A DNA stretch of 59,509 bases, counting the filler. It is 4 parts of 4 records of this genome, joined end to end, with 100 filler letters (N's around TTAATTAATTAA, not from the genome) between each part and the next. Parts side by side here need not be neighbours in the genome. Positions count along the whole stretch, not along the records: positions 31,449 to 59,509 come from DRR723986_5505; 3 more parts are not named here. The stretch is one strand, 5' to 3'. Under the pieces are notes generated by a model. The model did not search any database and had not been told where the DNA came from. It was given only the letters and a program-made list of their open reading frames with translations. Below are positions 39,412-48,865 of the stretch, piece after piece. Made by a program: the position numbers and the translations under genes. Each line of letters starts with the position of its first letter. Position 1 is the first letter of the stretch.

Positions 39412-40209
39412 ATGGAAGCGGTATTGGAAAATCTGGACGCAGGCACATTGGTGCCTGCAGCCAGCCTGCGCAATGCCTGGGTCAAGTTTGGTCAGTTCAC
39501 CGCGATCCAGGACATCAGCCTGGAGATCGAGGCGGGAGCCTTCTATTCCATCCTTGGTCCATCGGGTTGTGGCAAGTCGACCTTGCTCCGGCTGGTGTCT
39601 GATCTCATCCCGCCTGCATCCGGGGACGTGTCGATCTTCGGCAAGACGACCGAGGCTGCCCGTCTGGCACGGGAATTTGCCTTCGTGTTTCAGGACGCGA
39701 CGCTGCTGCCCTGGCGCACGGCATTGGAGAACGTCCAGCTTCCCCTGGAAATGGGGCAGAGCCGCGGGATCCAGATCCCCGTCAGCGACAAGTCGCCGAT
39801 GGAGTTGCTTGAGCTGGTCGGGCTCAAAGGCCGCGAACATGCACTGCCGCACGAGCTTTCCGGAGGCATGCGCCAGCGTGTGGCGATTGCCCGTGCATTG
39901 GTCTGCAAGCCGAAGCTGTTGCTGATGGACGAGCCCTTCGGTGCGCTCGACGAGATGACCCGCGACCACCTGAACCTTCAGCTTCTGAAGGTCTGGGAGG
40001 AAACCGGCGTGACGATCCTGTTCGTAACCCACTCGATCCCGGAAGCGGTCTTTCTGGGGCAGAAGGTGCTGATGCTCAAGGCGCATCCGGGCCGCCTGCA
40101 CGAGATCGTCGATATCGATCTGCCATATCCGCGCACCACCGAGTTGCGGGATACGGCGGAATTCACCCGATACTCCGCGCATTTGCGCAAACTTCTGGAG
40201 GCGTGCTGA
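39412..40209 (+). CDS. NitT/TauB-type ABC ATPase
   Basis: GPSGCGKST, FQDATLLPW, LSGGMRQR, DEPFGALD, VTHSI.EA. Confidence 0.95.
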   Translation: MEAVLENLDAGTLVPAASLRNAWVKFGQFTAIQDISLEIEAGAFYSILGPSGCGKSTLLRLVSDLIPPASGDVSIFGKTTEAARLAREFAFVFQDATLLPWRTALENVQLPLEMGQSRGIQIPVSDKSPMELLELVGLKGREHALPHELSGGMRQRVAIARALVCKPKLLLMDEPFGALDEMTRDHLNLQLLKVWEETGVTILFVTHSIPEAVFLGQKVLMLKAHPGRLHEIVDIDLPYPRTTELRDTAEFTRYSAHLRKLLEAC

Positions 40210-41018
40210 TGACTGCCGTCGACGAAACGATGGGCATGCCGGTGGATGATGACGCTGCCGAAAAGGCCATGGCGCGAAGGGCACGGCTGACTGCTGTCGC
40301 GACCCCGGTGCTGACAGCGGTCGGCCTGATCGCCACCTGGGAAATCGGCGTCCGGGCCTTTGGTGTGCCGAGCTACATCGCCCCGGCCCCGAGCGAAGTC
40401 GCAACAACGCTGGTGACCGAATTTCCGCAGTTGATGCGGAACTTCTGGCCGACACTGTTCGAAAGCGTGCTCGGCTTTGTCGTCGGCAATGTGGCTGCAG
40501 TGCTGATCGCGATTGCCTTCGTGCACAGCCGGATGGTGGAGCGGGCGTTCTTCCCGATCGCGGTGTTCATCAACACCATTCCGATCCTGGCTATTGCCCC
40601 GATCCTGGTTCTGATCTTCGGAGCCGGACTGACCGCAAAGGTCGTCATCGCTGCCCTGATCTGTTTCTTCCCGACACTGGTCAACATGGTGCGCGGCCTG
40701 CAGTCGGTCAGCCCTCAGGCGCTGGAGCTGGCACGGATCCTGTCCGCCTCCAAGTCGGAAGTGTTCTGGAAGATCCGCCTGCCGTCTTCGCTGCCGTTCC
40801 TGTTTTCGGCACTGAAGATCGCGGCCACCACCTGTGTCATCGGCGCCATCGTCGGAGAATGGGTTGGCGCGGATGTCGGGCTGGGTGCGTTGATCATCGA
40901 TGCAACGTTCAATTTCCGCTCCGCCTTGCTCTACGCGACAGTCTTCCTGTCGTCGGGCCTGTCGGTGCTGATGTTTGCCGCCGTTTCCATTGCCGAACGC
41001 ATGATCGTGCGGTGGTGA
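40209..41018 (+). CDS. NitT/TauC-type ABC permease
   Basis: PAPSEV, PILAIAP, FFP, RLPSSLPFLF, VGEW; TGATG overlap. Confidence 0.92.
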   Translation: MTAVDETMGMPVDDDAAEKAMARRARLTAVATPVLTAVGLIATWEIGVRAFGVPSYIAPAPSEVATTLVTEFPQLMRNFWPTLFESVLGFVVGNVAAVLIAIAFVHSRMVERAFFPIAVFINTIPILAIAPILVLIFGAGLTAKVVIAALICFFPTLVNMVRGLQSVSPQALELARILSASKSEVFWKIRLPSSLPFLFSALKIAATTCVIGAIVGEWVGADVGLGALIIDATFNFRSALLYATVFLSSGLSVLMFAAVSIAERMIVRW

Positions 41019-41095
41019 AGCGGATTTGAACCAAACGAAAATCTGAACTGAAACCGGGCCGTCGCTTGGCGGCCCAACGGGAGGAGTGCGCCGAA

Positions 41096-42463
41096 ATGAG
41101 CACCAACACAACGCAGATTTCCTTGAACCGCAATGAGCAGGTTCCGGTCGTCGCAGACTGCGACGTGGTCGTCATCGGCGGTGGCCCCGCCGGCCTGAGT
41201 GCCGCCGTATCGGCTGCCAGAAACGGCTGCTCGGTGACCCTGCTCGAGCGTTACCATCACCTTGGCGGCATGGCCTCCGGCGGAATGGTTCTGGTGCTCG
41301 ACGACATGGTCAACGAGGGCAACGAAATCGTCACGACGGGCATCGTCAACGAATTCGTCGACCGGATGTCGGCGCAGGACGGCGCAGTTTTTCCGCCGCC
41401 GGAAGATTGCCTGACCAACTGGGAAATGTGGAAGAAGTGGTCCCGTTGGGGCTGCATCGATTTTCACAAGACCGGCATGCCTCAGCCGATCATTCACGCA
41501 GTTGCCTTCGACCCCGATTGCTGGAAACGGGTGAGCCTCGATCTGGTGCGTGAGGCAGGTGTCAATTTGCGCCTGCATTCGTGGTTTTCCGAAGCAATGG
41601 TGGAAGACGGCCGAGTGACCGGCGTGATCTGCCAGACCAAGCTTGGCCGTCAGGCGATCAAGGCGAAGATGGTGATTGATGCCAGCGGCGATCTGGATGT
41701 CGCATCCTCCGCAGGGGCGTCTTTTCAGACCGGACAGTACATCGTCACGACCGTGTTCCGCCTGTGCGATGTCGACACGGACAAGGCAGAAGCCTTCGAG
41801 TTCGAAAATCCGGAAGAATACAAGGCCCTGGACCGTCAGGTGCGCCGGGTGATTGGTGGCGCCTGGGGCATGTGGTGGCTGAAGACGCCGCTGCCGGGCA
41901 TCGTCTGGTGCAACTGCCCGCACATGCCGGGTTATGACGGCCTGTCGCCGGAACACATGCTGGCGGCGGAAGTCGAAGGCCGCGAGCGCATGATGAAGCT
42001 GCTTGCCTTCGTGCGCGCCAATCTGCCCGGTTTCGAAAACGCCAAGATGCTGGGCGCCGCGGAACAACTCGGCATTCGCCAGACCCGTCTGTTGCAGGGC
42101 GAATATGTGGTCACCCGCGATGACGTGCGCTCCCGCCGTCATTTCTCCGACAGCGTTTGCCGGGGCAGGGACTACTACACGCCTTACAGGGCCCTGCTGC
42201 CCAAGGGCATCGACAACATGATCGTTGCCGGTCGCCACTACTCGGTTGAGAGCGAAGCCCAGAAGCTTTCGCGGGAAATTCCGCCGTGCATGGCGCAGGG
42301 TGAAGCCGCCGGCGTCGCCGTTTCGGTCGCTCTGGAACAGAACTGTGCACTGCGCGACGCCGACGTTGCCACGATCCAGAAACGCATGCGTGCCCAGGGC
42401 GCCGACCCCGGCGACATCCCATCAGCAAATGCGCTCGTCGAAGGCACCGTCGCTGCAGAATAA
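41096..42463 (+). CDS. FAD-dependent oxidoreductase (FAD_oxidored/PF12831-like)
   Basis: GGGPAG, LGGMASGG, IDASGD.D, GIRQTR, PYRALLP, AGR, MAQGEAAG. Confidence 0.88.
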   Translation: MSTNTTQISLNRNEQVPVVADCDVVVIGGGPAGLSAAVSAARNGCSVTLLERYHHLGGMASGGMVLVLDDMVNEGNEIVTTGIVNEFVDRMSAQDGAVFPPPEDCLTNWEMWKKWSRWGCIDFHKTGMPQPIIHAVAFDPDCWKRVSLDLVREAGVNLRLHSWFSEAMVEDGRVTGVICQTKLGRQAIKAKMVIDASGDLDVASSAGASFQTGQYIVTTVFRLCDVDTDKAEAFEFENPEEYKALDRQVRRVIGGAWGMWWLKTPLPGIVWCNCPHMPGYDGLSPEHMLAAEVEGRERMMKLLAFVRANLPGFENAKMLGAAEQLGIRQTRLLQGEYVVTRDDVRSRRHFSDSVCRGRDYYTPYRALLPKGIDNMIVAGRHYSVESEAQKLSREIPPCMAQGEAAGVAVSVALEQNCALRDADVATIQKRMRAQGADPGDIPSANALVEGTVAAE

Positions 42464-42477
42464 AAAGGATAACAAAC

Positions 42478-43644
42478 GTGAATACCCAAGCTTTCCCACT
42501 CTCCGGTGTCCGCATTCTGGACTTCACCCAGGTCATGCTGGGGCCATGTGCAACCCAGATGCTGGCCGACTTCGGTGCGGACGTCATCAAGATCGAGCGC
42601 CCCGGTGCGGGCGACCTGTCGCGGCACTTCTTCGACGTGCGGTCGGAAGAGGGCATGAACAATGCCGTCTTCTCGTCGCTGAACCGCAACAAGCGGTCTG
42701 TCGAGATCGACACCAAGTCCGATGAGGGCAAGCAGATGGTGTACGATCTGGTACGCAATGCGGACGTGGTCGTCGACAATTTCCGCGCCGGTGTCATGGA
42801 CCGTCTGGGCTTCGGCTATGACGCGCTCAAGGCGATCAATCCCCGCATCATCTGTGCATCCGGAACGGGGTTTGGCGAGAAGGGCCCCTATGCCCACAAG
42901 GGCGGGCAGGACGTTCTGGCCCAGGCGATGAGCGGTGTCATGGAAAAGACCGCCGACCCGTCGATCGAGCGGTCCATCTACCCCACTACCTTGTGCGACT
43001 ATACGGCAGGCATGCACCTGGTTCAGGGCATTCTGGCGGCCTTGCTGGCACGGACGAAGACCGGCCGCGGCCAGCGGGTTTCCGTGTCGCTCTACGATTC
43101 CATGATCGCGATGCAGATGCAGGAAGCCGCACAGTGGACCAAGCACCGCGAAGTGCTGAACTGGGCCGCAATGCCCTTGACCGGTGTCTTCGACACCACT
43201 GACGGTGCTCTGGTGGTGGTCGGTGCCTTCAAGGCTAACCCGTTGCGCGACATCTGCACCGCGCTTGGCATCGAGGACCTTTCACCCACCTATCCGGACC
43301 TCGCCAGCCAGCGTGCCAACAAGCCCTATCTGCAGGACCGGTTTCGGGCCGTCTTCGCTACGGACACGACGGCGCACTGGATCGCCAGGCTGGAAGAGCA
43401 GGATCTGCTTTGCGCACCCGTGCGGGCGCTCGGAGAGGCACTCGAAGACCCGCAGACCGCCATCAACGGCATGCTGCTGGATTTCGACCATCCGGTCCTT
43501 GGCCCCTTGAGGGTTGTGGGGTCTCCCGTGCACTTGAGTGAAGCACCACTGAAACTGCGGCACGCACCGCCGCGCCTGGGCGAACACACCGACGAAGTCA
43601 TTGCGGAGTTCGGCCTGCAACAGGTGGCAGGGGCGGCGGAATGA
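42478..43644 (+). CDS. Class III CoA transferase (CaiB/BaiF)
   Basis: LADFGADVIKIE, NRNKRS, DNFRAG, D..AG, PPRLGEHT. Confidence 0.94.
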   Translation: MNTQAFPLSGVRILDFTQVMLGPCATQMLADFGADVIKIERPGAGDLSRHFFDVRSEEGMNNAVFSSLNRNKRSVEIDTKSDEGKQMVYDLVRNADVVVDNFRAGVMDRLGFGYDALKAINPRIICASGTGFGEKGPYAHKGGQDVLAQAMSGVMEKTADPSIERSIYPTTLCDYTAGMHLVQGILAALLARTKTGRGQRVSVSLYDSMIAMQMQEAAQWTKHREVLNWAAMPLTGVFDTTDGALVVVGAFKANPLRDICTALGIEDLSPTYPDLASQRANKPYLQDRFRAVFATDTTAHWIARLEEQDLLCAPVRALGEALEDPQTAINGMLLDFDHPVLGPLRVVGSPVHLSEAPLKLRHAPPRLGEHTDEVIAEFGLQQVAGAAE

Positions 43645-44417
43645 GTGTCCTTTTCACCCTCGAAAACCATGTCGCCCGGGTTGTCATCGACCGCCCGGAG
43701 CGCATGAACGCGGTCGACAGGGCAACTTCGGACGAGCTGGAAACCATCTGGCGGAAGATCGAAGCCGATCCGACCGTGCGCTGCGTGGTGTTGACCGGTT
43801 CGGGTGAACGCGCCTTTTCCGCCGGTGCGGACCTGAAGGACAGCAACGGCCTGAGTGGGCTTGAATATTGGGCGTCCGCAAACCCGCTTGGGTTCGGCGG
43901 CATCGCGCTGAGGCGCTCCTTGAGGGTGCCGGTGATTGCCCGCGTCAACGGTCTTGCGCTCGGCGGCGGCATGGAAATGGTTCTCGGCTGCGACATCGTG
44001 ATTGCCAGCGATACGGCCAGGTTCGGCCTGCCCGAAGCAAAGGTGGGCAACCTTCCGCTGGCAGGCGGGATGACGCTGCTTCAGCGTCTTGTCCCCCGCA
44101 ATATCGCTGTCGGACTGATGATGACCGGCCGGATGGCAAGCGCGGTGGAGATGGAGCGCTACGGGCTCGTCAATGCCGTCGTGCCGCAGGACGAACTCGA
44201 TGCGGAAGTGGACCGCTGGATTGCCGACATTCTGGCAAGTGCGCCGCTTTGCGTGCAGGCGATCAAGGCCACAGTACGTGAAACCGGTGAAATGCCGCCC
44301 GACCAGGCACAGGCCGTGCGGTCTCCCGAACTGATCGCCGCACTCACGTCAGAGGATTCCCTCGAAGGGGTTCGGGCATTCCGGGAAAAGCGCGCGCCGG
44401 TCTGGCAAGGCAAATGA
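43641..44417 (+). CDS. Enoyl-CoA hydratase/crotonase
   Basis: RMNA, FSAGADL, NGLALGGGME, FGLPE, EGVRAF.EKR.P.W.G. Confidence 0.94.
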   Translation: MSVLFTLENHVARVVIDRPERMNAVDRATSDELETIWRKIEADPTVRCVVLTGSGERAFSAGADLKDSNGLSGLEYWASANPLGFGGIALRRSLRVPVIARVNGLALGGGMEMVLGCDIVIASDTARFGLPEAKVGNLPLAGGMTLLQRLVPRNIAVGLMMTGRMASAVEMERYGLVNAVVPQDELDAEVDRWIADILASAPLCVQAIKATVRETGEMPPDQAQAVRSPELIAALTSEDSLEGVRAFREKRAPVWQGK

Positions 44418-44431
44418 GTTGAGAGATCAAG

Positions 44432-44779
44432 ATGGCGCTGATCATCAAGAGCGAATGCATTGATGTGAAGGACGGGATCTGCACCACGTCCTGTCCGGTC
44501 GACTGCATCTATGAAGGCGAGCGGATGTTCTACATCCACCCCGAAGAATGCATCGAATGCGGCATGTGCGAGAGCATCTGCCCGGTCGACGCGATCCGCT
44601 ACGACGACGAGGTGACCGGTGCGGACCGGGCGTTCATCGAGATCAACAAGGATGTGTTCCAGGGGCCGGACGGAGGGCTGGTCTCGCCGGGTGGCTGGAC
44701 CAGGGGCGATACGCCTTTCCGGGATCACCCTGCGGTGCGGGATTTTTTCAAACGCGATTTTGAGGAACAGACGACATGA
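44432..44779 (+). CDS. fdxA: 7Fe ferredoxin (FdxA type)
   Basis: CIDVKDGICTTSCPVDCIYEG...CIECGMCESICPVDAI. Confidence 0.9.
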   Translation: MALIIKSECIDVKDGICTTSCPVDCIYEGERMFYIHPEECIECGMCESICPVDAIRYDDEVTGADRAFIEINKDVFQGPDGGLVSPGGWTRGDTPFRDHPAVRDFFKRDFEEQTT

Positions 44780-45639
44780 AGGGGATAGTTGCGGCGGTGC
44801 CGACACCGCTCGATGCGCATGGCGCACCGGTGAAAGACACCTTTCTGGAACATTGCGCCTGGGCGCTGGCCAACGGGTGCGATGCCCTGAACATCCTGGG
44901 AACGACCGGTGAGGCGAATTCTCTCGGTCTGTCCCATCGCAAGCAAGTGATGGCCTGGGCGGCCGAAGCCTTTGACACGAGCTGTCTTATGGTCGGCACG
45001 GGTCTCACGTCGCTTGAGGACACGCTGGACCTCACGCGCGCAGCTGCCGACATGGGCTATGGCGTCGCGCTGGTCCTGCCGCCGTTCTACTACAAGCCTG
45101 TCACCGAAGAAGGGCTGGTTGCCTGGTACGAAGCGCTGGACCGGGCACTCGGCGCGACACCGATCGAGATCTATTTCTATAATTTCCCGCAGATGACGGG
45201 CCTGAAGATACCCGCGGATGTCGTCGAGCGTCTGGCAAAGACCCATCCGAAAAGGTTCACGGGCATCAAGGATTCTTCCGGCGATCTCGACTATTGCCTG
45301 GAGCTTATCCGGCGGCTGCCAGACCTGAAGGTGTTCCCAAGTTCTGAAACGGCGCTCGCGGAAGGGCCTGGAGCCGGGTTCGCAGGGTGCATTTCCGCCA
45401 CCGTGAACATCAGCGCGCCCCTTTGTGCGCGGCTCCTGCAGGACCCGGCAGACGAGGCATTGGCTGGCCGGGTCGCCAGCATACGGGCGGACATTGCGGC
45501 CCACCCGCTGGTGCCTGCGGTCAAATATCTTGTCGGCCGACGCGCTGCTGAAAGTGCCTGGAACCGTGTCCTGCCTCCCTTTCAACAACTGGACGATGCC
45601 GCATGCGGGTCTCTCGACCGCATTGCCGAAACCCTTTGA
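44776..45639 (+). CDS. DHDPS/NAL family aldolase or dehydratase
   Basis: GTTGE, PPFYY, YNFP, GIKDSSG (Schiff-base Lys). Confidence 0.9.
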   Translation: MKGIVAAVPTPLDAHGAPVKDTFLEHCAWALANGCDALNILGTTGEANSLGLSHRKQVMAWAAEAFDTSCLMVGTGLTSLEDTLDLTRAAADMGYGVALVLPPFYYKPVTEEGLVAWYEALDRALGATPIEIYFYNFPQMTGLKIPADVVERLAKTHPKRFTGIKDSSGDLDYCLELIRRLPDLKVFPSSETALAEGPGAGFAGCISATVNISAPLCARLLQDPADEALAGRVASIRADIAAHPLVPAVKYLVGRRAAESAWNRVLPPFQQLDDAACGSLDRIAETL

Positions 45640-45652
45640 AACCGGAATTCCA

Positions 45653-47089
45653 ATGACAAAGCACGATAATCTGATCGGCGGCAAATGGCTGCCTTCCAAC
45701 ACCTATTCCGAAAACCGCAATCCTTCGAACACCGATGATGTCGTCGGCCTTTATGCCCAGGGAAGCGTTGACGATGTCGATGCCGCCGTTGCGGCAGCGC
45801 GCAAGGCCGCGCCAGGCTGGGCGGCGGCAACGCCGCAGACCCGCCATGATCTGCTGGAAGCGGTTGGGCGAAAGTTGGCGGAACGGGCCGAAGAATATGG
45901 CGGCCTGCTGTCGCGCGAGGAAGGCAAGACGCTGGCGGAAGGCATCGGTGAAACCATGCGCGCCGCCCAGGTTTTCAAGTTCTTTGCCGGTGAAGCGTTG
46001 CGCGTGACCGGCGATATGCAGGCCTCCGTGCGGCCCGATATCGACGTTGAGGTTACGCGTGAGCCGGTCGGTGTGATCGGCCTGATCACCCCGTGGAACT
46101 TTCCCATCGCCATTCCCGCCTGGAAGGCAGCACCTGCGCTGGCCTATGGCAATTGCGTCGTTTTGAAACCGGCGGACCTAACGCCGGGCTGCGCTCATGT
46201 GATCGCAACGCTGCTGGATGAATGCGGCTGTCCGCCCGGTGTCTTCAACCTGGTCATGGGGCGCGGTTCTGTTGTTGGCGAGGCCATCGTCACCCATCCG
46301 GATGTCGATGCGGTTTCCTTCACCGGGTCCGTTGCCACGGGAAGCCATATTGCCGAAGTGTGCGGACGGCTTAAACGCAAGTGCCAGCTTGAAATGGGTG
46401 GCAAGAACCCGATGGTGGTGCTGGATGACGCCGACCTGGAGGTCGCCGTTTCCGCATGCCTGAACGGGACATTCTTTTCCACCGGCCAACGCTGCACCGC
46501 GTCCTCGCGCATGATCGTTCAGGCGGGCATTCACGACGCTTTCGTTGAGAAGCTGCAAACAGCGATGCTGGCCTTGAAGGTCGGGGATGCGCTTGATCCC
46601 GCTACCCAGATTGGACCGGTGGTCGACGAGAAACAGCTCTCTTCGAACCTTGCCTATGTGGACCTCGCCCGCAAGGAAGGAGCAAGGGTGATTGGCGGCG
46701 AGCGGCTCGAACTTGCCGTGCCCGGCTATTTTCAGGCCCCTGCACTGTTTCTCGAGACGACCAATTCCATGCGCATCAACCGGGAAGAGATTTTCGGTCC
46801 CTGCGGATCCGTCATCAAGGTGGCCGACTTCGAGGAAGCCATTACAGTTGCAAACGACACCGAATTCGGCCTGTCAGCCGGTATCTGCACCACAAGCCTG
46901 AAACATGCCCGCGACTTCAAGCGGCGTGCCAGGGCCGGTATGGTGATGGTCAACCTGCCGACCGCCGGTGTTGATTTTCACGTTCCCTTCGGCGGCACCA
47001 GGGGATCGTCTTTTGGACCACGTGAACAGGGCCGCTACGCGGCGGAATTCTTCACCACGGTCAAGACCAGCTACCTGTTTGCAGGCTAG
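45653..47089 (+). CDS. Aldehyde dehydrogenase (KGSA dehydrogenase-like)
   Basis: ITPWNFP, FTGS, LEMGGKNP, GQRCTA, EEIFGP. Confidence 0.92.
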   Translation: MTKHDNLIGGKWLPSNTYSENRNPSNTDDVVGLYAQGSVDDVDAAVAAARKAAPGWAAATPQTRHDLLEAVGRKLAERAEEYGGLLSREEGKTLAEGIGETMRAAQVFKFFAGEALRVTGDMQASVRPDIDVEVTREPVGVIGLITPWNFPIAIPAWKAAPALAYGNCVVLKPADLTPGCAHVIATLLDECGCPPGVFNLVMGRGSVVGEAIVTHPDVDAVSFTGSVATGSHIAEVCGRLKRKCQLEMGGKNPMVVLDDADLEVAVSACLNGTFFSTGQRCTASSRMIVQAGIHDAFVEKLQTAMLALKVGDALDPATQIGPVVDEKQLSSNLAYVDLARKEGARVIGGERLELAVPGYFQAPALFLETTNSMRINREEIFGPCGSVIKVADFEEAITVANDTEFGLSAGICTTSLKHARDFKRRARAGMVMVNLPTAGVDFHVPFGGTRGSSFGPREQGRYAAEFFTTVKTSYLFAG

Positions 47090-47099
47090 GAGAAGCACA

Positions 47100-47576
47100 T
47101 TGGGCAGCAATTCCGGCAAATGGCGCAACCGGTTTCTCGGGCTGTGCGATCACATCGCACAATGGTCTGAAGATCGCGACTTCAAGGTGGGCGCAGTCAT
47201 TGTCGGACCTGGCCAGGAAATCCGCGCGACAGGTTACAACGGCCTGCCGCGCGGGGTCTCCGGAACGGACGAGACCCGTCTCGACCGCCCGAGCGGTGAA
47301 AAGTTCTTCTGGGTGGAACACGCCGAACGCAATGCGATTTACAACGCAGCCCGCGCCGGTGTAGCGCTTGCCGGTTGCACCCTCTACGTCAACCGGTTTC
47401 CCTGTGCGGACTGCGCGAGGGCGATCATTCAAAGCGGGCTGTCCTGTGTGGAATGCCCGCCCAGACCATCGCATGACGGCAAGCTTGATCACAGTTTTGA
47501 GGTTTCCGAGCTCATGCTCAAGGAAGCTGGAATAAAGATGACGCTTGCTAAGCCGACTGCCGGCGGCTCCAGCTAA
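47100..47576 (+). CDS. dCMP deaminase/ComEB-like Zn deaminase
   Basis: TTG start after AGGAG; KVGAVIV, TGYNG.PRG, HAERNA, PCADC. Confidence 0.88.
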   Translation: MGSNSGKWRNRFLGLCDHIAQWSEDRDFKVGAVIVGPGQEIRATGYNGLPRGVSGTDETRLDRPSGEKFFWVEHAERNAIYNAARAGVALAGCTLYVNRFPCADCARAIIQSGLSCVECPPRPSHDGKLDHSFEVSELMLKEAGIKMTLAKPTAGGSS

Positions 47577-47617
47577 CACCGGGAGTTCCTTGGGTGGGCG
47601 GGCCGGTTTGGTGGTGG

Positions 47618-48100
47618 TCAGTCGCCCCGGCGGGCCGCATCGATGGCAGCCACGTCGATTTTCTTCATCTCCATCATTGCGCCAAAGGCGCGCTTTGCTT
47701 CGCCGCCGCCGGCAGCCAGGGCTTCCATCAGCGTGCGCGGGGTGATCTGCCAGGAGATGCCCCATTTGTCCCTGCACCATCCGCAGGCGCTTTCCTCGCC
47801 GCCATTGTCGACAATGGCGTTCCAGTAACGGTCGGTTTCTTCCTGATCCTCGGTCGAAACCTGGAAAGAGAACGCTTCGCTGTGCTTGAATGTGGGGCCG
47901 CCGTTCAAGCCGAGACAAGGAATGCCCAGCACGGTAAATTCCACGGTCAGAACGTCGCCCTCTTTCCCGGAAGGATAGTCGCCGGGGGCGTGGTTGACGG
48001 CTTTCAGAGCACTGTCTGGAAAGGTTTCAGCGTAAAATCGTGCCGCGGCCTCGGCGTCTTTTTCGTACCAGAGGCAAATCGTGTTCTTTGCAATCGACAT
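47618..48100 (-). CDS. VOC/PhnB (3-dmu-9-3-mt) family protein
   Basis: AEAAARFY, LNGGP.F, SFQV, CGWCRDKWGISWQI. Confidence 0.92.
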   Translation of the reverse strand: MSIAKNTICLWYEKDAEAAARFYAETFPDSALKAVNHAPGDYPSGKEGDVLTVEFTVLGIPCLGLNGGPTFKHSEAFSFQVSTEDQEETDRYWNAIVDNGGEESACGWCRDKWGISWQITPRTLMEALAAGGGEAKRAFGAMMEMKKIDVAAIDAARRGD

Positions 48101-48190
48101 TGTTTCCAGTCCTGGAGTTATACCGTCGCCCCGGGTGGCTCTACTCAAAGATCCAGAGGCGACATGACATTGTTTGCGGAAAAGCCCGCG

Positions 48191-48865
48191 TCAGCCCGTG
48201 CTGCGTTTCGCTTGTTCGGCGTCCGCCGCCTGCCAATGCTGCATGTGATCTGCCATGGCCTTCTTGAAAGCGGGGCGGGATGTTGCCCGTTCGACATAGG
48301 CTGCAAGATCCGGATAGGCATCAAGGGCCTCTTCGGCCGCGACCACGCGCAGCACTTCCACCATCGCGATGTCGGCGACGGAGAAGTCACCGGCGAGCCA
48401 CTCCTTGTCGCCCAGAGCCTGCTGTAGCGCAGTCAGCTTGGTTTCCACGTCTGCCTTGGCGTGAGCCCTGACGTCGGCTGCCGGAGGAGGGCCGAAGAAT
48501 TCCGGGACCCGCTCGGCCAGGATCATGCTGACCCAGTGCATCACCGACAATTCAACCGTGTTCAGCGCGGCGAACAGCCACTGCCAGATTTCCGCTTTCC
48601 GGTCGTCCGGCAGCAACGGCGTGCCTTCGCAAAGGTAGACAAGGATCGCTCCGCTTTCGAAAAGCGTCTGCTCACCGTCCTGGATTACGGGCACTTGCGT
48701 AAATGGCTGCAGCTTGCGGTGTTCGGCGCTCTTGGGGTGTGCGGGCACGGTCGCAACCTGGTAGCTGCGACCAATCTCCTCCAGGCCCCAGCGGACCCGT
48801 AGATCCCGCACGAACCCGCGTGGAAACTCCGGCAGCCAGTCGAAGGTGTAGAGGGTAAGGGTCAT
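48191..48865 (-). CDS. Glutathione S-transferase family
   Basis: RVRWGLEE, QPF.QVP, LFESGAI, FSVADI. Confidence 0.92.
   Translation of the reverse strand: MTLTLYTFDWLPEFPRGFVRDLRVRWGLEEIGRSYQVATVPAHPKSAEHRKLQPFTQVPVIQDGEQTLFESGAILVYLCEGTPLLPDDRKAEIWQWLFAALNTVELSVMHWVSMILAERVPEFFGPPPAADVRAHAKADVETKLTALQQALGDKEWLAGDFSVADIAMVEVLRVVAAEEALDAYPDLAAYVERATSRPAFKKAMADHMQHWQAADAEQAKRSTG

Noticed and set aside
44776-47089. DHDPS-family + ALDH as the L-arabinose (L-KDA dehydratase) route serving the nearby GH51 locus
   Set aside because: The enzyme has GTTGE rather than the ANFSE-type motif I recall for L-KDA dehydratase, and it lies in a separately regulated operon. Not fully excluded.
47100-47576. 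Deaminase as an AvcD/dCTP-deaminase anti-phage system
   Set aside because: No P-loop kinase domain or defence context; it is coupled to a metabolic operon.
48140-48172. Possible ECF42 promoter before the VOC gene (TGTCG...GAGTAG)
   Set aside because: The -10 element and spacing do not match the two better sites.
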